64,000 bases of DNA, from the NCBI GenBank assembly GCA_035627955.1, contig DASPKU010000002.1, positions 22,277 through 86,276 of the forward strand, given 5' to 3'. This DNA is from Phycisphaerales bacterium. GTDB taxonomy: Bacteria > Planctomycetota > Phycisphaerae > Phycisphaerales > UBA1924. Positions 53,081 to 61,785 of the stretch are shown here, piece by piece. The position numbers and the translations under genes are program-made. The notes under the pieces were generated by a model, which was given only the letters and a program-made list of their open reading frames with translations, made no database searches and had not been told where the DNA came from. How positions within the stretch are numbered: position 1 is the stretch's first letter; each line of letters begins with the position of its first letter.

Positions 53081-53902
53081 TCACCGTCGCAGCAGCACCG
53101 GACTCAACCGCCGAAACACGCCGACCATCAGCCACATCGAAACAGCATAGCCAACCGCCGCAATCAACCACCACGGCCGCCGCGGGTACCACCATTGCCA
53201 CCGCTCATCGGGCTCGCCCAGCGTGCTCCCCGTCGCGCACACCGCCAGCATCTGATCCATGTATGCAGCGGAGCTCACGATTGCATCACGTATCCCAGGA
53301 TTGGCGAACCCGCTCCCCCACTCCTCCAGATCGGCCACGGTGACAGTGTTCGCCAGCTCCATGCGACGCCCCCGAGCATCCGTGAGCACCGCCCGCCTCA
53401 GCAAGTCCAACAACCGCACCGTCGCGACCTCGCCCTCATCGGTCCGCACCGTCATCGTCACCGACGGCCGCGGCACACACACCGGCCAGGTGCCATAGTC
53501 CTGAGAGCTCTCTCCATCCCTTGTCCCCCGCGCCCTGAACTCCGCAGTCCACCCCTCGTGCACGAGCGTGTACCGAATCGAATCCACATAGGTCCGCGGC
53601 GAGTACTCCATCACCACGAGGACAAACACCCCCGTGTACAACGCCATCAGCAGCACGCGACAGAACCACTTCAATACAGCCGGAGGGTCATACAAGTACT
53701 CGTGGCTTCCCCCGCGAAGCGCTCCCTCGCCAGCCAACTCCTGACCGCACTCTGGGCAGCGCTCGACACTCAAGCCTTCGAGCGAATACCGGCACTCAGC
53801 GCAGCAGTCCACGCCGACGAACCTGCGCGCGATTCCAAACGACGTGATCAAGACGAGCACGAATGCAAACAGCAGCAGCCCCGCGATGACTGCAACGTGC
53901 AT
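53081..53902 (-). CDS. membrane protein with an N-terminal TM helix followed by a CxxCxYxLxGL...CPECG zinc ribbon (paralog family)
   Basis: MHVAVIAGLLLFAFVLVLITSF..VDCCAECRYSLEGLSVERCPECG, with further TM helices (VLLMALYTGVFVLVV; WWLIAAVGYAVSMWLMVGVF). Confidence 0.6.
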   Translation of the reverse strand: MHVAVIAGLLLFAFVLVLITSFGIARRFVGVDCCAECRYSLEGLSVERCPECGQELAGEGALRGGSHEYLYDPPAVLKWFCRVLLMALYTGVFVLVVMEYSPRTYVDSIRYTLVHEGWTAEFRARGTRDGESSQDYGTWPVCVPRPSVTMTVRTDEGEVATVRLLDLLRRAVLTDARGRRMELANTVTVADLEEWGSGFANPGIRDAIVSSAAYMDQMLAVCATGSTLGEPDERWQWWYPRRPWWLIAAVGYAVSMWLMVGVFRRLSPVLLRR

Positions 53903-53970
53903 ATCGGAGCGTACCGCACCAAGGCGCGGCCAGTTTCAGCCCTCCTGCTGCAGTTCCCCGCCCCGCCGGC

Positions 53971-54025
53971 CATGACCCTCCCATGTCCTCCTATGCCTCC
54001 CATGACCTCCTATGACCTCCTATCC
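53971..54025. repeat. five tandem degenerate repeats of about 10 bp, YATGNCCTCC (GGAGGNCATR on the minus strand), in a divergent intergenic region
   Basis: catgaccctcc catgtcctcc tatgcctcc catgacctcc tatgacctcc. Confidence 0.7.
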
Positions 54026-54078
54026 CACTCTCCGCCAACTACTTACACCGATGCCATCCAAATTCCAAACAACTCCCC

Positions 54079-54106
54079 TTGACACCCCAACCAAATCCCG
54101 TATTCT
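54079..54106 (+). promoter_or_regulatory. sigma-70-like promoter (TTGACA, 16-nt spacer, TATTCT) ending 10 nt before an ATG
   Basis: TTGACA at 54079-54084 and TATTCT at 54101-54106; the ATG of the downstream ORF is at 54116. Confidence 0.35.
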
Positions 54107-54115
54107 CCCCCCATC

Positions 54116-54871
54116 ATGGTCGCCCCGAGCCCACACCCAGACCTCCCGCAGCGGCACCTGCTGACCGCGCTCCTGGAGCTCGACGCCGACCTCCCCGCCG
54201 TAGCCGCCCGCACGCGCACGCCCCTCGATGAGCTGACCGCCTGGGCACACTCGGGCTCCGTGCAGCCCTGGCTCCAGGCCCACCGCCAGTTCGCCACCAT
54301 CGCCCGCGAGCTCCAGGACCTCCGCCGCTCCTCCCGCGCCCTCGACCACCTCGAAGAGCTCGCCAAAACCACCGACAACCCCATCGAAAAACGCCGCATC
54401 CTCACCGCCATCCTCCGCGGCTCCACCACCATCCTCCATGCACGCCGCGCTCCGAAGCCTGTCCCGGAGGGAGGGGCGAGTCCCTTCGACGCGTTCAGTG
54501 GGCAACTGGGCGAGCACACGCCTGGCGTCTCGAGTGGGCCCGCCCGTCCGCACCAGGCGCCGGCAGTCCACAACGTCAAGTCTGCGAACCCGCTCGACAT
54601 CCTCAAAGAACTGGAAGCCGCCGAGGACTTCCTCCGCGCTCAAAGCACAGCGCCGCCGAACCAATCAACCCAGCCCAACCCCCACACACCGACCCCACCG
54701 ACACCGCCGCGCACGCCGTCAATGACAACACCACCGCCTCTTCACCCGCCCACCTCCGCGCCGACCCTGCTCACGCCCCTCTACCACCAGGACGCGCCGG
54801 TCGCAAAGCCGCGCCACCCGCGCCGTTCCGCCGCGCACCTGCTCGCTGCCGCCGGCCTCCCCGCCCCCTGA
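54116..54871 (+). CDS. hypothetical protein (helical N-terminal half, Pro-rich low-complexity C-terminal half)
   Basis: ATG-initiated ORF directly behind a promoter-like element. No family recognised. The coding call is weak for the C-terminal half. Confidence 0.4.
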   Translation: MVAPSPHPDLPQRHLLTALLELDADLPAVAARTRTPLDELTAWAHSGSVQPWLQAHRQFATIARELQDLRRSSRALDHLEELAKTTDNPIEKRRILTAILRGSTTILHARRAPKPVPEGGASPFDAFSGQLGEHTPGVSSGPARPHQAPAVHNVKSANPLDILKELEAAEDFLRAQSTAPPNQSTQPNPHTPTPPTPPRTPSMTTPPPLHPPTSAPTLLTPLYHQDAPVAKPRHPRRSAAHLLAAAGLPAP

Positions 54872-54989
54872 CTGCGCCAGCGCATCACAACAGACGCAAC
54901 TCCAGCGCACACGGCGTCAAGGTTGTCACTTGCCGCATGTGCGTTGCCAGACTAGATGCCTAGGTGGCTTAACCGAGGCGTCCAGGCGC

Positions 54990-56126
54990 TCAAGGATTGC
55001 CTTGCCCGCACTCCCCCGCCACCTCCACCACCGCCCCCGCCACCCCCTTCACCACCAGCGTGAACCGGCGCGGGTCAATCGTCTCCACCGTGTCCGTCGG
55101 CTTGTGGTAGTTGGGGTTCCGGAAGTTGGCCGTGTCGGTCAGCATCACCGCCGGCACGCCCGCGCCGTAGAACGGTGCATGGTCCGACCGCAGCAGGTCC
55201 GGCAGCGCCATCGGGAACGCGTACGCGTTCACCTTCAGCTCCTTCGCCGCGCCGGTCATCCCCTTCTCCAGCGCCTTCACGAACGCGGCGTCGCGCTGGA
55301 ACCCAACGAGCGCAATCCCGTCCCCCACCGTCGGCGGCTCGAACACGCCCTTGATCGGCGGGATCGGACTCTTCTGGCTCCCCGGCTCATCGGAGAAGTA
55401 GCCGATCGACTCCAGGCTGATCATGCCGATGATCTTCTCCTTCGGCTTCGCGTCCGCGGCCGCACCCTTCCCCTCCTGCGCCGCCGGGCCTTCCTCCGCT
55501 TTCCGCTCTCCGCTTTCCGCCTTCCCGCTCTCCGCTCCCTGCTCTCCGCTCTCCTTCTTCCCGATCACCCCCCTCTCGCGCAGCTCCTTCACATACTGCG
55601 ACGCCCCCACCAGCCCCACCTCCTCGAGGTTGAAGAACACCAGCCGCACCGTCCGCTTCATCGGCTCGTCCTTCAGCACCCGCGCGAGCTCCAGCAGCCC
55701 CGCCGTGCCAGAGCCGTTGTCGTCCGCGCCCGGCGTCCCCGGCACCGCATCAAAGTGCGCCGCCACGATCAGCACCTCGCCCGGCAGCTCCTTCCCCACG
55801 ATCTCCACGCTGATGTTGCGGTACGTGTGCTCCTCGGGCTTCGCCGGCTCCTCGCCCGCCTCCCGGTTGAACCGGCGCGCCGGCAGCGCCCACTTGAACT
55901 CGTGCACCTTGGGCGTGTACCCCAGCTCCTTGAGCGCCGCGATCAGCTGTTCCTCGGTCTTCTTCAAACCCTCGCGCGACGCCGCATCACCCAGCGCCGC
56001 CCGCGCCGTCGGCAGCGACCGCAGCGTCGCCATCAACCGCTCCTGCTCCACCTTCTCCTCAGGCCCGGCCACCGCCGCGCCCGCCAGCACACACACCAGA
56101 GCCGCAGTCCACACCTTCTGCATCAC
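54990..56126 (-). CDS. M28-family aminopeptidase (secreted)
   Basis: Signal peptide. Motifs VLIVAAHFDAVPGTPGADDNGSGTAGLLELARVL, FFNLEEVGLVGASQYV and SDHAPFY. Confidence 0.85.
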   Translation of the reverse strand: MMQKVWTAALVCVLAGAAVAGPEEKVEQERLMATLRSLPTARAALGDAASREGLKKTEEQLIAALKELGYTPKVHEFKWALPARRFNREAGEEPAKPEEHTYRNISVEIVGKELPGEVLIVAAHFDAVPGTPGADDNGSGTAGLLELARVLKDEPMKRTVRLVFFNLEEVGLVGASQYVKELRERGVIGKKESGEQGAESGKAESGERKAEEGPAAQEGKGAAADAKPKEKIIGMISLESIGYFSDEPGSQKSPIPPIKGVFEPPTVGDGIALVGFQRDAAFVKALEKGMTGAAKELKVNAYAFPMALPDLLRSDHAPFYGAGVPAVMLTDTANFRNPNYHKPTDTVETIDPRRFTLVVKGVAGAVVEVAGECGQGNP

Positions 56127-56192
56127 ACACCTCTTTCACTCGCCCCACTCTGTGCGACTTTCTCCGTGCTCTCCGTGCCTCCGTGTTTGGTC

Positions 56193-57161
56193 TTACTTCC
56201 CCCGCAGCCGCTCCGCCGCGATCATCGCCGCCCCGAAGACCCCGGCCGTGTCCGCGAGCTGGCTCTCCACCACATCCACCTTCTTACACGCGGCCGGGAA
56301 CGCGTGTTCACGCACCGACGCCTCCACCCGCTTCACATACTCCTTGCCCAGCGCTTCCGTCAGCCCGCCCCCCAGCACCACCCGGGGCAGGCTCAGCACC
56401 GTCACCATGTTCGCGATGGCCATTCCCAGCTCGTGCGCCGAGTGATCCACCACCTGGCACACCAGCTTGTCCGGCTTGCCGCTCCCGTGATAGAACTGCG
56501 CCAGCGTCTTGCTCTTGATCTTGTTGTACTCCTGCCCCACCTCCGACGTCAGCCGCGTCTTGTGGTTGCTCTTGATCAGGCGCACCAGCCGGTCGACCAC
56601 GGCCGTGCGCGAGCACGCGTTCTCCAACGTGCGATCCCCCAGCGCCCGCCCAGGGTGCAGCACCGTGTGCCCGATCTCCCCCGCGCTGAAATGGCAGCCG
56701 TAGTACAGGGACCCGTTCAGGATCAGCCCCCCGCCAATCCCCGTGCCCACCCACACACCCAGCAGGTCCTTCGCGTTCTTTCCTGCCCCGATCCGGTTCT
56801 CCCCCACGACCGCGACGTTGACGTCGTTATCAAGGAACGTCTTCACCTTCAGCTTGCGCGTGAGGATGGCCGCGAGCGGCACGTCATTCCACCGCAGGTT
56901 CACGGCCTCAACCACCACACCCTTCACCGGGTCCACCGCCCCCGGCGCGCCGATGCCGATCGCGCCGACGCCGGCAACCGTCGTCCCTGCGTTCTGGCAC
57001 GCCTCCTCGATCCCCTCGACGATCCGCGCCACGACCGCGTCCTGCCCCTCATCCGCCTTCGTCTTCCGCTTGGCCTGCCCCAGCATCTTCCATTCGGGCG
57101 ACACCAGCCCGATCTGCATGTTCGTGCCGCCGAGATCGATCCCGATAAGAGGCTTGGGCAT
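56193..57161 (-). CDS. ROK-family sugar kinase (glucokinase-like)
   Basis: IGIDLGGTNMQIGLV, GIGAPGAVD, and GTGIGGGLILNG...GEIGH. AGGAG lies about 8 nt upstream of the ATG at 57159-57161. Confidence 0.85.
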   Translation of the reverse strand: MPKPLIGIDLGGTNMQIGLVSPEWKMLGQAKRKTKADEGQDAVVARIVEGIEEACQNAGTTVAGVGAIGIGAPGAVDPVKGVVVEAVNLRWNDVPLAAILTRKLKVKTFLDNDVNVAVVGENRIGAGKNAKDLLGVWVGTGIGGGLILNGSLYYGCHFSAGEIGHTVLHPGRALGDRTLENACSRTAVVDRLVRLIKSNHKTRLTSEVGQEYNKIKSKTLAQFYHGSGKPDKLVCQVVDHSAHELGMAIANMVTVLSLPRVVLGGGLTEALGKEYVKRVEASVREHAFPAACKKVDVVESQLADTAGVFGAAMIAAERLRGK

Positions 57162-57236
57162 GAGGGACTCCTGAGAGCCCCAAACGTTAGTCGTGGTCAA
57201 TCGTCAGCACCGCTGGCGCGAGTCCATCTGATCTAT

Positions 57237-57272
57237 ACGTCCTATCAGTCCTATAGGTCCTATGAGTCCTAT
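57237..57272. repeat. four perfect-period tandem 9-mers NNGTCCTAT (ATAGGACNN on the minus strand)
   Basis: acgtcctat cagtcctat aggtcctat gagtcctat, located between the dnaE stop and the glucokinase start. Confidence 0.85.
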
Positions 57273-57278
57273 CGACGC

Positions 57279-60200
57279 CTAGTCCGCTCCCCCACCCCCG
57301 CGCTTTTTGCCCTCCCACGGCTTCTTCTCCGTCTTCTCGAACGCCACGCCGCCCACCAGCCGCACCATCCCCGGCCCCAGCTCCGTTTCCACGGCCTTGA
57401 TCAGGTCCGGTTCCAGTCGAATCCGCAGCTGCGCATCGGCCGCGAGAATCGCGACCTGGTCTTGCGTGCCGATCACCAGCTCGATGGGCAGCATCGGAAC
57501 CGCGACGGTCGGCTGCTTGGGCGGGGCGGTGATCAGCCCCGCCACCTGCTTCAGCACCGTTGGCGCCGACCCGTTCAGGCGCAGCTCGTCCACCATCAGC
57601 CGCACCTTGCCGCCGTCGAGTGGTACGCCGTCGATGGGCGCGAGCCGGTCGATCACCAGCTGCGGGTCGCCGCGTTTGAGGTCCACGCGCCCCAGCACAA
57701 ACACGACCTTTTCTGCCTCGGCGAGGTGGCCGTACTTCGCGTAGCCGTCGGCGAAGAGCGGGCAGTCGCACGCGCCGAAGGAGTCTTCGACGGTGAGGAT
57801 CGCCATTTTCTGCCCGGCATTGCGCCCGTTCTTGAGCACGATGGTGCGGGCCGACTGCACCATGGCCGCGATCACCGCGCGCTGGTCCTGCTGCATTTCC
57901 TTGATGCTCGCCGTGTTCGCGGTGGTGAAGATGCCGGCCCAGCTCTTCCACCGCTCCAGCGGGTGGCTGGACACATAGAACCCGAGCGCGTCCTTCTCGT
58001 TCGCGAGCGTTTCGGTCTCGCTCCAGGGCTCGGCCTTCGCGAGCGTGATCACGGGCGCCTTGGCCGCGGCCGCAGGGCCCGGCCCGCCAAAGAGCGCCGC
58101 CTGACCCGCCGCCTTGTCCGCCGCAGCCCGCGCCCCCGCGCTGAGGGCTTGCTCGATGGACGCGACCATCGCGCTGCGCGTCGCCCGCCCGTGCACGCCG
58201 TCGAACGCGCCGCACTTGATCAGCGCCTCCAGCGTGCTCTTGTTCACGCTGCCCGGGGGCATCCGCTCGCAGAAGTCAAACAGGCTCGTGAACGGCCCGC
58301 TCTTCTGCCGCTCGGTGATGATCGCTTCGATGGCCTTATCGCCCGCGCCCTTCAGGGCCTTGAGGCCGAAGCGCACGTGGCCCTGTCGCGCGATCCGGGG
58401 CTCGCTGTCGTCGTACACCACCGCGAAGTCCGACAGCGACAGGTTGATGTCCGGCGGGCGGACCTCGACCCCAACCTTGACCTGCACGCCCGTGTCCGCG
58501 TCGATGAACCGCGTGCGGCGGCAATCTTCGAGGTAGGGGATCCAGTCGCTGACCTTGTTCGCGCCCGACTCGTACGTCAGGAACGCGGCCATGTACTGAT
58601 TGGGAAAATACGTCTTCAGGTACGCCGTCTGGTACGCCACGATCGCGTAGCCGGTCGAGTGGCTCTTGTTGAAGCCGTAGCCGGCGAACTTGAGGATCAG
58701 CTCGAACAGCTCCTCGGCGCCCTGCTTGGTCAGCCCCTGTTTCTGCGCGCCGTCGACGAACTTGGGGCGCTCCTTCTCAATTTTGTCGTGCTTCTTCTTG
58801 CTGATGTTCTTGATGAGCGAGTAGGCGTCGCGAAGCTTGATGCCGCCCAGGCCGTGCACGATCTGCATGACCTGCTCCTGGTACACCATCACGCCGTAGG
58901 TCTCGCTGGTGTAGCGGTCGACGATGTCGTGGACCTTGGGGACTTCCTGAAGGCCGTGCTTGCGCTGGTTGTAGTCGGGGATGAGGTCCATCGGCCCCGG
59001 CCGGAACAGCGCGTTCGCGGCGATGAGGTCCTCCAGCCGGTCGGGCTTCATCTCCACCAGCAGCCGCCGCATCCCGCCGGATTCGAACTGGAACACGCCG
59101 GTGGTCTCGCCGCGACGGAAGAGCTCGAACACCTTCTGGTCGCGGAAGTCCAGGCGGTCGAGGTCGAGCGGGTGGGCGCGCGAGGCAGGCTCTTTGCCGC
59201 TCTGGATGGAGGCGTAGTCCGCGCCGCGCCCAACCGCCTTCCAGATCTCCTCCTCGCTGAGCGTCTCGCGGATGAGCTTGAGCGCCCGCGCCACGATCGA
59301 GATCGTGCGCAGGCCCAGGAAGTCCATCTTGAGCAGGCCCATCTTCTCGCAGGTGGGCCCGTCCCACTGCGTGACCACTTCGTTCTCGGCCGAGCCGCTG
59401 GCGCGGTAGAGCGGAACGATCTCGTGCAGGGGGCGCGTGGCGACGATGACGCCGGCTGCGTGCACGCTCGCGTGGCGGGCCTGGCCCTCGATGCCCATCG
59501 CGTTGTCGATGAGCTGCTTGACCGTGCCATCGCTGTCGTACAGCTTCTTGAGGTCGGGCTCGGCGGTGAGCGCGTCCTCCAGCGTCATGCCCAGTGTTTC
59601 CGGGATCAGCTTCGCCAGCCGGTCGACGTCTGCGAGCGGCATCTCCAGCACGCGCCCGACGTCACGCACGGCCGCGCGGGCCTTCAGCGTTCCGAAGGTG
59701 ATGATCTGCGCCACGTGCCCGTACTTGTTGCGGACGTAGTTGATGACGTTCCCGCGCCCGTCCTGGCACAGGTCGATATCGATATCGGGGTACTCGGAGC
59801 GGTCGGGGTCGGTGAACCGCTCGAACAGCAGCCCGTACCGCACCGGGCACGCGTTGGATAACCCCAGCACGTACCCCACCATCGTGCCGACGCCCGAACC
59901 ACGGGCCAGCGCCGGCACCCCGTTCTGCCGGCCCCAGTTCACGAAGTCCCACACGATCAGGAAGTACGCGGAGATGTTCTTACCGCTGAGGATGCCGAGC
60001 TCGCGCTCCAGTCTCGCGAGCCTCGCCTCTGCTTCATCATTTGAGGTTTGAGCTTTGAGCTTTGAGCTTTCCCGCGGCCCATACCGCCACACCATCCCCG
60101 CCTCGGCCAGCAGCCGCAGCGCCTTGTCGCACTCGGTCTTCGCCTCGGCGACCAGCCCCTTCCGCTCCTCCTCGCTGCACCCGGCCGGCACCTGGAACGG

Positions 60201-61319
60201 CACCACCTCGAAGCACTGGCAGTAGGCCTTGTACCACGCGGTCAGGTCGCCCCCGAAGCGCGGATCGTCGTGCCTGGGCAGCTCACCGAGCGGCCAGCTC
60301 TCCACTCCACCTCCGCCCCCGCCCCCGCCCCCGCTCTCCGCTTTCCGCTTTCCGCCTTCCGCTTTCACCCTCACCCGCACCGACGGCGCATGGTTCGCCC
60401 CGATCGGCAGCGTCACATTGCACCGCTCCGCGATCTTCACTGTGTTTGCGATCGCCTCGCGCCCCGCCTCGCCGTACTCCTCCATCACCTCGCGCATCTC
60501 GCGCGGGCTCTTGACGTAGAGCTCGGTCGGGTACTTCATCCGCTGCGTGTCGTGCTTGCTCTTGCCGGTGCTGATGCAGATCAGCGTGTCGTGGCTGTCG
60601 TGGTCCTCGGCCCGCAGGAAGTGCGAGTCGTTGTCGCACACCAGCGGCAGAGAGAGCTCCTTGGCCAGCTTGATGAGCAGCGGGTTGATCGCGTTCTGCT
60701 CCGGCACGTGGTGCTGGAGCTCGATGTAGAAGTTCCCCTTGGGCAGGTGCTCGGCGTGCCACCGGGCCGACTCCACGGCCGCGTCCCAGTGCTTCTTGTC
60801 GCTGCTGCGCACGTAGCTCAGCAGGTGCTCGCCGATCTCGCTGCCAAGGTGCCCGTTGATCGCGATCAGCCCCGCGCTGTGCTTGGCGAGAATCTCGCGG
60901 TCGATCCGCGGCTTGTAGTAGAACCCCGTGAGGTACGCCTCGCTGCACAGGTACAGCAGGTTCCGCCACCCCTCGTCGTTCTCCGCCAGCAGCACAAGGT
61001 GGAACCCGCCCTCGCCCCCGCCGCTGTACGTCCGGTCCGTCCGCGGCTTGCCCGGGGGCGTCACGTACGCCTCCACCCCCAGGATCGGCTTGACCCCCTT
61101 GTCCTTGCACGCGGTGTAGAAGGCCACCGCGCCGAAGATGTTGCCGTGGTCCGTGACCCCCACGGCCTTCATCCCCAGCTCCGCCACCCGCGCCACCAGC
61201 TTGTCGATCCGGTTCCCGCCGTCCAGCAGCGAGTACTCGGTGTGCAGGTGCAGATGCACAAACTCGCCCATATCGGGCTTCGTACCAGGTGCAGGGGTGG
61301 TGGTCGGTCCATCGGCCAT
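57279..61319 (-). CDS. dnaE: DNA polymerase III alpha subunit
   Basis: PHP domain (FVHLHLHTEYSLLDG), polymerase core (YFLIVWDF, DIDIDL, HAAGVV), and an OB fold. 1346 aa. Confidence 0.95.
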   Translation of the reverse strand: MADGPTTTPAPGTKPDMGEFVHLHLHTEYSLLDGGNRIDKLVARVAELGMKAVGVTDHGNIFGAVAFYTACKDKGVKPILGVEAYVTPPGKPRTDRTYSGGGEGGFHLVLLAENDEGWRNLLYLCSEAYLTGFYYKPRIDREILAKHSAGLIAINGHLGSEIGEHLLSYVRSSDKKHWDAAVESARWHAEHLPKGNFYIELQHHVPEQNAINPLLIKLAKELSLPLVCDNDSHFLRAEDHDSHDTLICISTGKSKHDTQRMKYPTELYVKSPREMREVMEEYGEAGREAIANTVKIAERCNVTLPIGANHAPSVRVRVKAEGGKRKAESGGGGGGGGGVESWPLGELPRHDDPRFGGDLTAWYKAYCQCFEVVPFQVPAGCSEEERKGLVAEAKTECDKALRLLAEAGMVWRYGPRESSKLKAQTSNDEAEARLARLERELGILSGKNISAYFLIVWDFVNWGRQNGVPALARGSGVGTMVGYVLGLSNACPVRYGLLFERFTDPDRSEYPDIDIDLCQDGRGNVINYVRNKYGHVAQIITFGTLKARAAVRDVGRVLEMPLADVDRLAKLIPETLGMTLEDALTAEPDLKKLYDSDGTVKQLIDNAMGIEGQARHASVHAAGVIVATRPLHEIVPLYRASGSAENEVVTQWDGPTCEKMGLLKMDFLGLRTISIVARALKLIRETLSEEEIWKAVGRGADYASIQSGKEPASRAHPLDLDRLDFRDQKVFELFRRGETTGVFQFESGGMRRLLVEMKPDRLEDLIAANALFRPGPMDLIPDYNQRKHGLQEVPKVHDIVDRYTSETYGVMVYQEQVMQIVHGLGGIKLRDAYSLIKNISKKKHDKIEKERPKFVDGAQKQGLTKQGAEELFELILKFAGYGFNKSHSTGYAIVAYQTAYLKTYFPNQYMAAFLTYESGANKVSDWIPYLEDCRRTRFIDADTGVQVKVGVEVRPPDINLSLSDFAVVYDDSEPRIARQGHVRFGLKALKGAGDKAIEAIITERQKSGPFTSLFDFCERMPPGSVNKSTLEALIKCGAFDGVHGRATRSAMVASIEQALSAGARAAADKAAGQAALFGGPGPAAAAKAPVITLAKAEPWSETETLANEKDALGFYVSSHPLERWKSWAGIFTTANTASIKEMQQDQRAVIAAMVQSARTIVLKNGRNAGQKMAILTVEDSFGACDCPLFADGYAKYGHLAEAEKVVFVLGRVDLKRGDPQLVIDRLAPIDGVPLDGGKVRLMVDELRLNGSAPTVLKQVAGLITAPPKQPTVAVPMLPIELVIGTQDQVAILAADAQLRIRLEPDLIKAVETELGPGMVRLVGGVAFEKTEKKPWEGKKRGGGGAD

Positions 61320-61422
61320 ACCTACAGGATACCGATTCGCCCCGGCTCACCGGCCCGATTCCACTGAACCGACATCGTCACCACACTGAAACCACAAACC
61401 GCCGGCTCCCTAGAATCTTCCC

Positions 61423-61710
61423 GTGTTCACCATCACCACCATCCGCCAGAAAGCGACCTCGATGGGGCGTGTCATCGAGGTGGTGCAGCGGCAGCCCAGC
61501 TGGGTGTCCCGCGTGGCCGCGTCCGCGGGGCTCATTGTCTGCGTGCTGATCGCTCTTGCGATCCTCATCCCGGTCGCCATCGTGATCGCGGTGGTCTTCC
61601 TCGCCGGCATGGCCGTCAACGCCGTGCGCCGTCTCTTCACCCGCACCTCCGCCCCCAACGGCCTCCTCGACGGCCGCCGCAACGTCCGCGTCGTCCAGCA
61701 CGAGCCGTGA
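61423..61710 (+). CDS. small membrane protein (one long hydrophobic segment); possibly the detached N-terminus of the next gene
   Basis: AGLIVCVLIALAILIPVAIVIAVVFLAGMAV. It is in the same reading frame as the downstream zinc-ribbon ORF, separated from it only by TGA-5 codons-TGA. Confidence 0.4.
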   Translation: MFTITTIRQKATSMGRVIEVVQRQPSWVSRVAASAGLIVCVLIALAILIPVAIVIAVVFLAGMAVNAVRRLFTRTSAPNGLLDGRRNVRVVQHEP

Positions 61711-61785
61711 CCCTCCGCAGGGGGCTGACTCATCCGCTGCCGCACCTGCCACTACGACCTCTCTGGCCTGCCTCCCCACGCCGGC

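Noticed and set aside
54930-59861. 1643-aa ORF on the plus strand
   Set aside because: It is antisense to the M28 peptidase, the ROK kinase and dnaE, all of which have unambiguous catalytic motifs. The translation is Arg/Leu/His/Pro-rich low-complexity sequence.
61708-61728. Selenocysteine or genome-wide TGA reassignment as the explanation for the two in-frame TGAs
   Set aside because: Many well-supported genes in this window terminate at TGA (for example dnaX frame 0, neuB, maf and the carboxylase). I see no obvious SECIS-like hairpin immediately downstream. The possibility is kept only as a minor option inside the finding.
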